Source: Rotaria socialis
Lineage: Eukaryota
Assembly: GCA_905331295.1 (NCBI GenBank)
Contig: CAJNYD010000549.1
Location: forward strand, 1 to 64,000
DNA: 64,000 bases
Direction of reading: 5' to 3'
Positions 1 through 13,100 of the stretch are shown here, one piece after another. Position numbers and translations under genes: made by a program. The notes under the pieces were generated by a model. It was not told the origin of the DNA, did not search any database, and worked only from the letters and a program-made list of their open reading frames with translations. Position 1 is the first letter of the stretch; every line of letters starts with the position of its first letter.

Positions 1-1822
1 CAAGTCCATCCCTAGTCAACTCTCCCTAGAATAATTCCCAGGGAGTCCCTAGAGATTCGTTCTTTTGCGGGGACTCACTGGAGAGTCATCGGGTGAGAGT
101 GGATTAGGGATCTACAGTGTTTCTAACAGGAATCTAGAACAAAGAGTCTAATGACGTTTCATATGCACAGTCGAAGTATCACACTTTCTGAAATACAAAT
201 TTCCATACGGCTCTTGTGAAATTCTCGTTTTTTTCAAGCGAATTTTTGAACGTTTTATGCGGATGTTTGATTTGAATCCTGGAAATTTATACTTCTTAAT
301 GACCATGTGATTCTTCTTCAATACAACGCGAAGTGTGTGTGTGAAAGTACTTTGATTCAAGTGAAGAAAATATTGAAATGAATGGCAAAGATAAAATAAT
401 GACTGAAATATGATGCTTTGTGTAACGATATTTGTGTAGTGTATCGCATGCATATGTTTGATTTTCTCATTACTTCTAATCTGATGTATTGTTCGTATCC
501 TTTTGTCCTTACTTCATACTTTCCACTTTATATTGTATGATGCCCTTAAAATGCCATGTAAGAAGAGTATAAAAGCGTATGCGTTGTATGTAATCGATGC
601 GATTGATGATATGAAGAATCGAATAAAGCTAAATAACACTATTAAGCTTCTCTCTTCCATCAAAATTCGTCACACTTTGCATGATTGATCTTTATATATT
701 TTAGACTCGTAACAAACAATAAATCCTTAAATCTACAAACCATTTATTTTATTTTATGTGATTAATCATTGTTCCTCTCTGCCAAAATTGAATACATTTT
801 ATAGTTTCTTCTAATTGTCACTCTGTTTTAAACATAGTTTCTCATCGCATGTCATCTATTGATATTCTCCAGAAATATACTATCTTTATCGTTTTATTTG
901 ATAGGATTTCTGTCGAAAACTTATTAGTTTTTTTTTATTAAAATGATATGTTTCATGCAGCTAAAATTCATACCATTGATTAACATTTAAGTTTATATTA
1001 TGATTTTGTCAAGTTTGAATTTGTATCTGATTAATATTGTAATATTCATATAGAGTGTTATCTCATTTTTCTATATACCTGATGATGAAAAGAGTTTCTT
1101 ATCGAAATTTCGAATAAAATAACTTCTGATTTTTGTTTAAAACCTATTATGTTCTTTGTAGCAGTTTTATGCTCATTATACTCTAGGCGTACGAATACAC
1201 TGTAAAAAAAATCGTAGGATACTAAACCTTAGTAGTAAAAAACGGTTTCATAAACCCTTCAAGGGTTTATGTTTTTGTCCTAAACTCTAAAACCGTTTAT
1301 TGCCTGAAGCGTTTATGAAACTAAGGGTATTTGAAAATAAAAAGGGTTTACTGCACCAGAATTTATGGGGAAGGGTTTGTCAATCTACGATGAAGGGTTT
1401 ATTATTCGATCCTTGTATTCAAAGGGCTCCTTATTCTACGGCGAAGCGTTTATTATTCTACCCTTTCATAAAATAGTTTTTTCTGCTAAAAGTTGAAATC
1501 AGACAAGTCATCCATATATCAAAATGATGTTGACTGTTCTCGTTGATGACATTTATTCATCAAGTATTTTTGTGATTAGATAGGAAGTCGTACAATAGAA
1601 ACAAAGATTAATGAAAAGTAGACTGAATAACTTTTGCTCAATCTATGCTGCAATAGCTTGTAATCTCACATTAAAATATATCAATCTCTATTAATTAGAT
1701 CAGCCTGAAAAACAAAATGAAATTTTGTTTTATGTAGGTGACGCTTCTATAAAAAAAACGTAAGTATTTATTCATAAATCTTGAAGAGTTTCATCAGTAA
1801 GTTAAAACATTGTATGCAATTA

Positions 1823-1907
1823 TAGGGACGCACCAATTCCAATTCCAGCCAATTCCAAGTCAAGAATTGGAATTGAATTGGTTGGAATTAGAATTGGTGC
1901 ATTCCTA
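1823..1907. mobile_element. Tiny palindromic MITE (TAGGG...CCTA termini, hAT-like) nested in the CACTA-like element
   Basis: TAGGGACGCACCAATTCCAATTCC ... GGAATTAGAATTGGTGCATTCCTA hairpin; flanks gcaatta/gcaattt. Confidence 0.65.
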
Positions 1908-2008
1908 GCAATTTTTTTTAAATCAACCGCTTTTGATTTAGCTTCTTCCAATCGATCCGATCAAATCGAAGCATTACTTTTTATACATGCTTTTTTCCAG
2001 CCTTTTAG

Positions 2009-2908
2009 TTGGAGAGAAAAGAAAATTGTAAATCGTAGGTAAATATAATTGTTTTTATTAAAATTATTGGTCTTAATCTTTTAGTTTAATTTCACATTGA
2101 AAATTATAGGTAAGTAAAATCTTTGTGTTTTAATTATTGTTTTATCCTTTTAGTCCTATTTGAAATTGAAAATTGTAAGTAGGTATAATTTTTTTCTTGG
2201 AATTATTGCTTTTAATGTTTTAGTTAAATATAGAAGTGAAAATTCTAGTCAAGTATAATTTTTGTACTTGAATTATTCTTTTTTTATCTTTTAGTTAATT
2301 TACATTCAAAATCAAACGTAAATATAATTTTTCTTTCAATAATTTATACTTTTATTCTTTCAGCAAAGAACCAAATTCAAAATCGGACGTAAGTATAATT
2401 TTTCATTGAACAATTCTTATTTTTGTTTTTTTAGTTCAAAATTTGTAATCGCAATCACAAGTAAAATTTTCATTGAAGAATTCTTATTTTTATTCTTTCA
2501 GTGAAAAAACGCATTCAAAATCTAATGTAAGTATTATTTTTCTATCAATAATTCTTATTTTTATTACTTTAGTTCACAATTCGAGACCGCAATCGAAGGT
2601 AAGTATCATGTTTTATTAAATAATTCTTATTTTTATTCTTTTAGTTCAAAATTTGAAATCGTAATCGCAAGTAAATATAGTTTTTTTATTAAACAATTTT
2701 TATTTGTATCTTTTAGTGAAGAAAAAACTGTAAAATCAAGCGTAAGTATAATTTTTTTATTAAATAATTCTTATTTTTATGTTTTTTAGTGAAAAAGCAG
2801 GTTCAAAATCATAGGTAATTTTTTTTAAAATTATGTTTGTAATTTTCTCAAATAGATTTGCTTCAATGGCTCATGAAACTGAACTATGATTCTTAGCTAA
2901 AAGTAAGT
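2009..2908 (+). repeat. Degenerate ~70-bp tandem array: ~25-nt micro-exon-like unit plus ~45-nt GT...AG intron-like unit, ~12 copies
   Basis: Units read TTTTAG|23-26 nt|GTAAGT-like. Exon-like units: 2085-2109, 2154-2178, 2224-2248, 2295-2317, 2364-2388, 2435-2460, 2502-2526, 2573-2598, 2645-2670, 2717-2741, 2790-2814. Confidence 0.85.
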
Positions 2909-3192
2909 TTCTCTAAACCTGTTACAAGGATATTTGAAAGGGTTTAGTAGGATACTAAACCCTTCTATATACCTTTCTATAAACCCTTTTGAAGAGTTTA
3001 TGAAAGCGTTTATTGAATCCTGAAACGGTTTCATAAACGCTTCTAAGGGTTTATGATAGGGTTTATTACTTTCCTAAACCCTATCCTAAATCCTTCCAAA
3101 GGGTTTAGGAATGTTTTATGTACGGTAAAAATGGTTTGTGGTACGTTGCACTTTAATAAACCTTTTTAGTGTTTATTATTCTACGTTTTTTT

Positions 3193-3438
3193 TGTGAAAC
3201 ACGATCTGAAAGGAGTGTTGAAGTACATAGGGTAGAAATTTGGACCCCCTCCCCCCGAAGACAGGGACAGAGAAATTAATTAATTAATTCATCAATTTCT
3301 CTGCCCCGGTCTGTGATGGTCTGTGAGGGTTTCTAGAGACTCCATACATCATAATACAGACTGTAATAGAGAAGCTCCAGAGACCACCAGTGACAGTAAT
3401 AGACGAATTCCAGAAAAGAAGTTTCGTCGTGTTTCACA
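3193..3438. mobile_element. Small inverted-repeat element inserted in the right subterminal region of the CACTA-like element
   Basis: TGTGAAACACGA (3193-3204) ... TCGTGTTTCACA (3427-3438); internal hairpin around 3262-3309. Confidence 0.45.
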
Positions 3439-3590
3439 CTTTTAATCCCAAAGGGATTGCGCTAACAGCTTTTTTTACAGTGTAGGTTATGACACATTTA
3501 ATTAAAGCAATAACCTTGTATTAGATTTTTGCGTTCCACTTTTATTTTATATTTGATAATTTAACCTCAATCGTCGGTCTATATCATAAT

Positions 3591-4393
3591 TAGTGGCGGA
3601 GCCAGAGGGGGGAGCTGAGCACGCCCTAGGAATTTTAGAGCTCACCCATAGGAAATTTTTAGTTCCTTAAATTTTTTTAGCTCCAATTAGACTACTAGAC
3701 TTTTTCAAAGAAACAATTGCAATGCACATAGTGAAAGTTACTATAGCCACTTGTCTGTTTCTAGCCGATTAAGAATTATTATCTACTATTTCTTGTGTTC
3801 ATATTTTATAAGCAACACTTTTATATCATTGTATGGATATTGATTGTGAATCAGATAGTGGAGCGTATTTATTTTTATCTTCATTCTATTAGATTTCACG
3901 ATAAACTAATAACACGATTTAAAATATTGACGATAGAACACGGAAAAATTCCACACATGAAATGAAATATTGGTTCTAAGGAAGTGTCTTTTTTTGTAAA
4001 TATTATAAATTATAGATAAACATGCAAAATAAAAGTTCACAATGTAACTCTACACTTAATAGTTTCGTTAGATCCAGTAAAATACCTCGAAATAAGCATA
4101 CTATTCTAAATGTCACTTCGAATACGTCATCTTCATCATCATCTTCAACTACAACGAAATGTAATTAACTTATATGAAATAAATTTCAAATGGATTCTGA
4201 TCATATGTTGATAGATATATACAAAATACATGACAAGAACAATAAGTGATTCAATAGGATATTTGGACGCACAGAAATGAATCAAACTTGAAGGTATTCA
4301 GAAAACATTTATACTATTGTAATTGTAAACAGGCTTTCGAAGGAAAATATGGAGCTCAGCTCCCCCAAGGCCAAAATTCTGGCTCCGCCGCTA
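3591..4393. mobile_element. Non-autonomous hAT element
   Basis: TIRs TAGTGGCGGAGCCAGA ... TCTGGCTCCGCCGCTA; perfect 8-bp target-site duplication ATCATAAT (3583-3590 / 4394-4401). Confidence 0.9.
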
Positions 4394-5058
4394 ATCATAA
4401 TAGAATATCAATATAATAATCAAAACCTGTCAGTTTATAAAAATTGTATTTGCAAATCAAAATTAATCAATGCATATGCAGATTTGACTTACGTAGTTTT
4501 ATAAACAATTCAAATTCAATTAAATAAAGTTGATATAATTACATATAGTGCTGTCAATCAAAATATAAAAATTTGTAAAATATAGCTCAGAATTGAATGA
4601 AATTCTCCATATAATCTATAATTTTTTCTTTTCAGATTATATCATTTCTTCCTTTTATATTATTTTCTTTAAACCCTGTAAACGCTTTCTTGTTCCGCAA
4701 TTCATTTGATTTTTCGCTCTTATCTTCATTTTTCTTTTCTTTCCTTTTTCCTTATATAGCCTAATTCAGAACGCTCAAGAGTGTTTAAATATTTTAAAAA
4801 ATAACACGAAAAGCGCAAGCGAAATTAAACTCTGCATTCTATTTTTGTTTTCTATTAATTTACCGAATTATTTCGACATACAATCGATGACTGAGAAGCA
4901 ACACTTGATACTAGCAGCTAGAACTTGTCTTTTCGTTAAGAGATAGATATATTTGTTTTCAATTAATTTACATCAGCACCCACACCCTCTATTCCTCACT
5001 ACATTTACGCTTGAATTAAAAAACATATGAAACGCCATTACCAGATTTTAGCATGGTT

Positions 5059-7155
5059 TTAATATAGCGCACAACCAGTAGGATACGAAGTGTTTACAAA
5101 ACTGTAGCTACCAGGCGAGTCCGAAGAGGAATACGAAGTAATCCCATTCTTTGTACTACCACTGTAACCACTAATACCAGGCAGAATATTAACTATTACG
5201 ATATATGTTACACCGTTCAGAATAACACCATTGTGAACAGCAGCAGCACCCAAGTCAGAATCATCAGTGTAAATGCCAGTGCCCCAAACCGAGTTCCAAA
5301 CATCAGCAGTCACTAAAAATGGAATAGCTCGGCCCACCTGACACCGATAGTCGACCAGATTTGGCGGACTGGTAAGTTGGAAAAACGAGAAACTACCATT
5401 CCATCCACCCAATGGCAACGAGGTTATATTGTTACGTGATGAACCGACATACGACTTCTGTCCGGCCAATATTGTTACAATGATTATCTGGGTTTGACCC
5501 ACTGGAAGGACACCCGAGTGTACCGCAGCGGCTGCTAGATTAGATTGGTCCCCGTAGATGTCTGTTCCGTACACTGTTGCATTGCTTTTTACACCTTGAA
5601 GGAGAAAAGCAAACATTCGTCCGGCCTGACTTCGATAACTCGTCAAATTTGTTGGTGATGACAGACTGCCAAAACAAAAACTGGCTCCCCAGGCATCGAA
5701 AGACGAAGAACTTACTCCATTAATAGTTGTACTTAAGTAGCTCGATTGACCGGCAAGAATAGTAACAATGACTATTGCGGTTTGCCCCTTAGCACGAACA
5801 CCAGCGTGAACACTAGCAGATGGCAGGTCTGAATTTGTGGAGTAAATATCACTGCCACCAACCCAGCCAATATATCCACCGCTGAGCAAAACTGGAAACG
5901 AACGCCCAACCAGAGCCTGATATGGATCGAGGGTTGATGGACTGATAAGTTGGAAAAAAGAGAAACTACCATTCCATACACCCAACGGCAATGAGGTTAT
6001 ATTGCTACGCGATGAACCGACATACGAGTTCTGTCCAGCCAATATTGTTACAATGATTGTCTGGGTTTGACCCACTGAAAGGACACCCGAGTGTACCGCA
6101 GCGGCTGCTAGATTAGATTGGTCACCGTAGATGTCTGTTCCGTACACTGTTGCATTGCTTTTTACGCCTTGAAGCAGAAAAGCAAACATTCGTCCAGTCT
6201 GATTTCTATAACTCGTCAAATTTGTTGGCGATGACAGAGTGCCAAAACAAAAACTGGCTGCCCAGGAACCGAAAGACGAAGACTCTACTCCATTAAGAGT
6301 TGTACTTAAGTAACTCGATTGACCGGCAAGAATAGTAACAATGACTATTGCGGTTTGCCCCTGAGCACGAACACCAGCGTGAACACTAGCAGATCGTAGG
6401 TCTGAATTTGTGGAGTAAATATCACTGCCACCAACCCAGCTTATAAATCCACCACTGAGCAAAACTGGAAACGAACGCCCAACCAGAGCCTGATATGGAT
6501 CGAGGGTTGATGGACTGGCAAGTTGGAAAAACGAGAAACTACCATTCCATACACCCAATGGCAGCGAGGTTACATTGTTACGCGATGAACCGACATACGA
6601 GTTCTGTCCAGCCAATATTGTTACAATGATTATGCGCGTTTGACCCACTGAAAGGACACCCGAGTGTACCGCAGCGGCTGCTAGATTAGATTGGTCACCG
6701 TAGATGTCTGTTCCGTACACTGTTGCATTGCTTTTTACACCTTGAAGAAGAAAAGGAAACATNGAGTGTACCGCAGCGGCTGCTAGATTAGATTGGTCCC
6801 CGTAGATGTCTGTTCCGTACACTGTTGCATTGCTTTTTACACCTTGAAGAAGAAAAGGAAACATTCGTCCGACCTGACCTCGATAACTCATCAGATTTGT
6901 TGGCGATGACAGACTGCCGAAACAAAAGCTACCCGCCGAACTTCCACTAGATTGCGAGTTGACCGCATTGCGTGTTGTTGCTAAATAGCTTGTTTGAGCG
7001 GAAAGAAGGGTAACTGTGAGTGTGCCTGTTTGTCCGTTCAGGAGAACTCCAGCGTGAACAGCGGCANTTACCAGTGACAATAACTTGAAAGGATTGTCCT
7101 GTCAGGTTTCGATACTTGGCAAGATTGTCCGTCCCTCCGAGACTCACTATGAAAC
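5059..7155 (-). CDS. Terminal exon encoding a tandem LCCL-domain array (A-B two-domain unit, 573-bp period)
   Basis: ORF track 5059..7080 plus 6947..7147. The same motif recurs at 5548, 6121 and 6694 (573-bp spacing). Acceptor tttcttttgcag precedes 7155. Confidence 0.9.
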
Positions 7156-10100
7156 CTGCAAAAGAAACAAGAGGTCAATGTGTCTAAGAAGTAATAATCC
7201 CAACGCACGGTGATATGCTGTTAAATGTCCTATTTATTATCCTGAAATGAGCAGTCATCTGAATCTGAAAAGTTGGGGTGTGTGTGAGCGTGGATATAGC
7301 TAGACTCGTTCTTTACTATACTACGTCTGGGCATCACAAATGACAACAAGCGGATTATAACTGAATTCTGGAATCCTACGGAATTCACGGAACCTGTTGA
7401 TATTGACCAGTTGAGGTTCCGAAAACTTCAGGAATTGGTAGATATAGTTTGGTGGAATTCCAGTATTGTGTTCAAAGTGAAAAAAGGGAATTATATGAAT
7501 CGGACGGAATGGATTCTGGGCACGAAGCTGGTTGCGCAAAGTTCAATATAGCGGAGTAGAATGTATTATTGCTTGGACTGTCATGTTTACAGCAGAATTA
7601 CTTATTTTTGTGCATCTGTAATAAGTATAAACTGTATAAGATCACCACATGGACCTGTGCCCTTGCAACAAAAAAGAAGAAAGGTTTCAGCTCTACGCCG
7701 AGTAGGGCTCGGGCTAACCGGGACTTATTTCTCAGGGGCTAGAGGTATTGTTTTAATAAAATTCATGAATTGTAGTTGATTTCAAAGTCATTGATCTGGT
7801 GTATTTGGCATGTCAGTTGCGTTGTGTCATTTATGAATTCCGCTTTGAAACTCGCCATACTCACTTTCATGTATGGGAAGAAAACTGAGCAAAGTTGCCA
7901 GAACAAGCAGATGGAGATGCATTGACATGGCTGGAGGTGGTTTCACCTTTGTTGAATATCTCCTTGCAGAAGTGATAACTTGAGATTGTGCAGTACGCTA
8001 TAAAGGGAAGAAAGATATAGAAATTAAGAGTGATTTGTCGGTATCTGCTGCACATTTCTATCTTCCAGCTACGAGTAGTCATTCAGGAATTTAAATTCAG
8101 TTGAACAAAATTCAACGACGACTACAAAATTTACTTTCCAGCAGACTTTTTTCCTTTTCAATAAACTGTATCACAACAATGAAAGCACTAAGAATTCAAA
8201 GGTTTCTAGACTAGAAACTTTCTAGAAAATCAATTAACATCGAGCACTCGTGGACGAACGGCAATTTTCTACATGTTCCTTAAATGTGGATGAGATCGTA
8301 GATTCTCTTCTGAAATGTGACTCATTGTTTGCTACATATTGATGAGAGCACCATACTACCAGCGAAGATACACAGACACAGTTGTTCGAACGAAATTATA
8401 GGATCCTTCTCCTACGTTTTAATATTCAAGCACAGCCAACAGTCAACATCTACGATATGGAAGTAAACTGTATTCGTATCGATGATTGTGTTACACTTAG
8501 AGGTGTAAGTCGACGGGTAAATCGGCGGCGGCGGGTCTTAAGTTAACATTTAGTTATTTTTTCGAGAATAAGAAAAACGAGTAGTCATCATATTCCGCAG
8601 TGTTGAACATTCCGGAATTAGGTGAAAACGGAATTCCTTGCAATTCCAGAATTGAGTCGGAAGGGGTAAATGGAATTCCGGGAATTCCGGAATTGTGTTC
8701 GAAGTGACTAACGGAATTGCTGGAATTAGATGGAATTGGTTCCGTGAGCGGAACTGGTTCCGGAATGTTCAACATTGCGGAATAGGATGTATTCTCAGAA
8801 AAACATGTTTTTTTCAATGGTTGCTTAATAATATCTTGAGATACTCTTTAAAATAACTTTAAATTTCATCTTGGCATAATAGAAAAGAATATATAAGTAA
8901 CATTACGATCAGCAATGAAGAACAAAATATATGTCGGCAAAGATGGCTGCAACTTTCCAGAAAAAATCGGCGGTGGTGGATCAGTCGCGCGGCCTACGCG
9001 TCTAGCTGCACTGAATGAATATGATTGTGTTAGAAGTGCATTTTCTATACCCCGTGCACCGTGATCACTGTTTTTTATACGAATAGCGCTTATTAAACGC
9101 ATGAGACTTTATAAAAACAAAACTTGAACGTACGTCTCATATTTCGACGACTACTTCAACTTTTTCTTTTTTTCTTCGATGCATTTCTTCTTCAGTTTCG
9201 TTCTAGATAGGGATGTGCAGTTTCAGTGTAAATACTGAAATACTGATACTGACAACACCGATACACTGAGTACTGAGCACTGACTACACTGAATTGCTGT
9301 TCAGTGGGACACTACCACACGTATTCACCAAGAATATGTAAATGCCCATTCGCATACTCTTGGCTGGTAAGTACGCCAGTGTCTCAGTGAACACCAAGTT
9401 TAGTGTAGCCAGTGTCGCACTGAATATCACTGCAGTGGAGTCAGTGCTCACTATATCCGAGACTTCAGCCATCACATAACTGAAACTACAGATCGCTAGT
9501 TTAAAATCTCGCTTGATATGCTGGCGAAGGCTAGAAGGGCAAGTGTATAGATTGAGTAGCACTTGATTCTACCATTGAATAGGTCGTAATCGGTCATAAT
9601 CGTTGAATTCGGATTAAATTGATCGATATATTGTGAGACGAGACTAACAAGTTCAAGGCCTTTTTTTTCAACTCTAATACACTAGATTTTCAGGTAAGGG
9701 TCTGTACTCTGAAAAAAAATGGTGTCATATGGAACCATTTATGGTTCTAGCCTAGATATTGAATCTTTTGAGGTTTCACTCACTTAGTAATAAACCATCG
9801 CGGATTCTAGCTAGTTTAAAGAACCATCTCACATCCTCAATAGTTCCGGATGTTTGAAAAGGTTTCGTCCTGCACCATTTTTCCAAAGATGGCTCTGGCT
9901 TGAAGCAAGATAATATATTTGCGGAACGTGCTTTAAGTAATATAAATCTCATATAGGTTACCGAGGTCGAGGATTTCGAGTCCGTCATCACTTCTTCGAT
10001 CCGAGCTCCCGTTGGTCAGAAATTGGGTGCATCAAAAATTCCGTGACTGTAAAGTTAGACATTTTATTTCAACTCCGATCTCGATTCTGATCGAAGTTTG

Positions 10101-13100
10101 AAATGAGTTATCGACATCCAGGAATTCGAATCCGGCATCATCGATACCGAGCCTGAGGATCCGAGTCGGATTGATGGATATGGGTAGGCGCGTCTTAATA
10201 ATCAATTCTATGGTAAGCTATAACTTATAAAATGCACTTATTACCAGGTCGACTGATCCGACATCGGGTCCGATAGGAACCTGGAAATATCCTACAATCC
10301 GATGGAATTCTATTGGATTCCGGGTCGACGAATCGATGTCGGATCCTCAGTATCGGAATCCTATGAACTTCCGATGACATACAACGGATTTTCCTCGGAT
10401 TTCATAGGAATCTGACACTGAGGATCCGACATCGGTTCCTCGACCCGGAATCCTACGATAATTCTGTAAGATCTGACAGAATCTGATAAAATCCTATTGG
10501 ATTCCAGTCGGATCGGAGGGGTTCCGATAGGTGCCAACTGTCGGATTGCTCGAGCTCGGTTCTTTTATCTATTTTCATATATCACAATTATAAATAGAAA
10601 GTAATGTCAATCTGGTAAAATGAAGTCAATATTTTTTTTATTTAGGTAAGTAGCAATAATCAATTGAAATGCAAGTTCAATATGATAAAATGAAATAATG
10701 TTTTTTTCTATTTAGGTATATGTGAATAATTGATCTCATGGTAAGTTCAATGTTACAGTATCAGCCACTACTCTTGCTTTTCGTTTATGGCCGTCTCAAC
10801 AACAAGTAGGGATGTGCAGTGTCGGTGTAAATACCGAAAAACTGGGGTTGATATCACCGACAGTGTACTCAGTGAAGCACTGAAATTCGGTGAAGCACTG
10901 ACCGCGCCGACATCGGTGTTCAGTGGAACACTGAGTCACTGCACCCATCAAAGTATACATCTTTCCCGATTTTAAGGGCCTTCCCCGCCTCTCAAAAGTC
11001 TATTTCGCCAAAGAAAGTCCAAATCGGCTAAAATTTTCATGATATGCTAGGACTGGAGCGAGTATCGTACGATAAAAATTTCAGTCCGAATTATGCAAGT
11101 TTAAGGAAGTTATAAAGTGAATACTGGTTAAAAATGACCCATTTTCCATCGTAGTTATTTTGGCTTCAAGTATGTTTTTTCGAAAACTTTTTTTCGCTCG
11201 ATAGAGCATGCAAAGAGGCAGGGCATGACGTTCTTCGATTTTTTCAAAAGCCCATTTATAAGCCGAAAATTTTTGCACAAGTAAAAATGCTTCAAAAAAG
11301 GCAAAAAACTGCGCAACTTTTGTAGGCGAGCTTTTCAGGGCATAAAAAAAAGCTTTTTTCAAAAATCGGAGAGCGTCGTGCCCTGCACCTTTGTATGCTC
11401 TATCGAATGAAAAAAAAAATTCGAAAAAGCATAGTTAAACAGAAAATAACTAGGATATAAAATGAAAAAGCATGATTTTGACAAAAAAAATAAAACCATT
11501 TTTTCGAAGTTTTTGCTGCTTTTTAAAATTTTCTGCAGTTTTCACGCGTTTTTTGAGGAAACTAACCTAACTTGTCCTACGTAACTTTTAATTCTGCACA
11601 CGCTGAGCGCTTAATTAATTAATTAGTCATTAGAGACCAATGACCTAATTATACTGCTGTTTTTGACATAGAGGACCTCTCAAATATCACTAAAAATTTC
11701 GGTCAAAAAGTAACCTTTGGAAAAAAAACTATATTGATTCTGAAAGATCAGAACATGGGCTATCACTCCATGGTGTTATCTCAATTTTCATATTTTTGAC
11801 GAAAATCGATTTTTTTTTAGGGTGGGGGGGGGCTTAATGGTAGTTTGCAATACATTATAGTGAAATAGGCATCTCTATCTTTCTCAAGGATATAATAATA
11901 TTGAACAATCTGTATTTTTAAATTATATAAGAAGCTTTAGTGGATTGCATTGCGCTTTGTTTTACTCGCATACGCGCATACGTCAGTTAATGTAAGCTTC
12001 TTTCACAGGTGTATTTTGCTTTCGAAAAATGTCACAGTAGCTGTATTACAACTTGAGTCAACCAGAAGTTGTCGGCGTGTCAGTGCTGCACTGAGCGCAC
12101 TGTCGGTGTAGTCGGTGCTCAGTAAACCGACGCTGCACATCCCTAACAACAAGTAACGGCGATTCACCATTCGTGCGAATAAAGGAGAAAGGGCTGGCTC
12201 GTATCCTGCTCACAACAAATCCAGGTACATATAACACATACGATTTATTGGTTTAGCATAGAAATGAGGGTAAAGGATAGGATTAAGGGTTAATGTTAGA
12301 ATTGAGGTTAAGGATATAGGGATGTACCGAGACCGAGACAAAACCGAGAGTCTCGGTCTCGGTAGTCTCGGTCTCAGTTGTCTCGGTCATGATCTTGATA
12401 TTAACTAGTTTCAGTATCCGCTTTAGAACCTTGTTCATGAGACGAGTATGAAAATCGATCTATCCATAAAAACATCATAAATATCAGCAGCGTTATGTGT
12501 ATTATACTGTCTGCATTTTCGACATCGATTCCTCGACCCGGAATCCTACGATAATTCTGTAAGATCTGACAGAATCTGATAAAATCCTATTGGATTCCAG
12601 TCGGATCGGAGGGGTTCCGATAAATGCCTACTGTCGGATTGCTTGAACTGGGCTCTTTTATTTATTTTCATATATCACAATTATCAAAGCCTCTATGGCT
12701 GAATGGTTAAGATGTTTGACACATATCCACAAGATACTGTGATCGAACCTCGGCTCCATCCAGTTACAGAATGACCTTGCATAAGTTACTAACGGCTGTA
12801 TTATCTTGGATCACCCATCCGATAACAAAGTGACTACGTGTGACATACATTAAATAGCTCTTGTAACTAGCATGTTGTTAGTCAGTGTGCACGGGGAGCT
12901 CAAGCAATTAAGCGCGAAGAGCTCTGAGTCAGGCCGACCTTCTGTCGTGAGCTAAATTTAGTAATGGATGTAGGAAAAAAATCGGGCCCTTGAAATTGCC
13001 CTCGGACAACACCCCATACCGCAAGGTAGCCGAAAGGCAGGGTATTCTTCTTCTTCTTCTTCAATTCTCAATAGAAAGTAATGTCAATATTGTAAAACGA

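Larger units (their letters stand above)
1198..3482. mobile_element. Non-autonomous CACTA/EnSpm-like (CMC) DNA transposon
   Basis: Terminal inverted repeats CACTGTAAAAAAA ... TTTTTTTACAGTG flanked by TA on both sides. Subterminal regions (~1215-1470, ~2915-3190) are rich in AAACCC/GGGTTT motifs. No transposase ORF. Confidence 0.8.

Noticed and set aside
148..688. Two short ORFs at the window start
   Set aside because: No recognisable domain or convincing splice structure.
2009..2908. CRISPR array (repeat-spacer appearance)
   Set aside because: Repeats are degenerate and AT-rich with splice signals, the 'spacers' are related to each other, no cas genes are present, and the context is eukaryotic.
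10641..10651. Recursive (zero-length exon) splice site TTTAG|GTAAGT, also at 13118-13128
   Set aside because: Better explained as the start of a 25-nt unit in the 70-bp lattice; cannot be separated without RNA data.
12689..12760. Functional tRNA gene
   Set aside because: No clean cloverleaf; it continues into a body, a simple-repeat tail and a TSD, so it is a SINE head.
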